From assembly GCF_018350175.1 (NCBI RefSeq), contig NC_058368.1, positions 56,608,001-56,672,000 on the forward strand: a stretch of 64,000 bases of DNA, written 5' to 3'. A program made the position numbers and the translations under genes. Positions 63,384-64,000 of this stretch are shown here, piece by piece (position 1 is the stretch's first letter; each line of letters opens with the position of its first letter). Below the pieces are notes generated by a model that saw nothing but the letters and a program-made list of their open reading frames with translations, was not told the DNA's origin and did not search any database. Source of the stretch: Felis catus (lineage: Eukaryota).

Positions 63384-64000
63384 CCTTTTCTAAGATGTGT
63401 TCTGATACTTCCTTTCCTTTCTTTTCTCTTCATGTTTCTCTCTTCTCTCCTCACATTAATGAGGTATAGTAACAGTACAGTTTGAAAATTACATCTTTAA
63501 GACACTGACGATGATTTGGTAATTTATAGAGACACACACGCACACACACACACTCCCACATTTCAGTGAGTCTAATAGCTTTATGCCAATTGCCATCTTT
63601 ATAGCTAACATGATTACACTTGATGAAAAATGCTCACCTATAAGCAGCCAGACCTCAAAAAGCAAAAAGGACTTCCCTTTATTCATTCCTTCTGTACGTG
63701 TTAGTACCTTATTTTTTTCAGGTTGGTTTTAAAGAGTAGCGTTGGACAAGGCTGATATTGAATATGTCTTTAACCTCAAAATACATGTACAGTATATTGT
63801 TTTCTCTTTAAATCTGTGTTATTACTCTTGGTTAATTCAGAATTTGCTCCTCTGAAATCAAGAAAATAAGTGATTAAAAGCTGACATATTATAAACTATA
63901 TATTTCTGTGCATTTGTTTTAACTTACTAGTTTTGCTAGAATTGCCAGAGTTGAGAGATATGAAGAAGACAAATGCAGTGGTGTTTTGATTGAAAATTTA

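Overview
AT-rich, CpG-poor mammalian genomic DNA from a cat-family (Felidae) genome, judged from about 30 tRNA-derived CanSINEs, six of them young SINEC_Fc-type copies with near-perfect target-site duplications (TSDs), and a felid-type L1 3' end. The window looks intergenic or deep-intronic. I found no supportable protein-coding exon, RNA gene or CRISPR array; most ORFs in the track overlap SINEs, microsatellites or L1 remnants and none gave a recognisable host protein. Content is layered transposon debris: CanSINEs, L1 fragments (one with a twin-priming 5' inversion), MaLR and ERV1-type LTRs, MER58/Tigger2 DNA transposons, MIR/L2 and microsatellites. I did not find a convincing new biological system. 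The best leads are several templated-repair scars (a 150-bp tandem duplication with a patchwork junction, a 53-bp copy dropped into a microsatellite, a 16-bp perfect inverted repeat), a solo LTR with intact CCAAT/TATA/polyA geometry and a hairpin at its predicted start site, antisense SINE-in-SINE nests, and a candidate non-coding exon with a nearby regulatory motif. Repeat family names come from recalled consensus sequences, not database searches, and boundaries of old elements are approximate.
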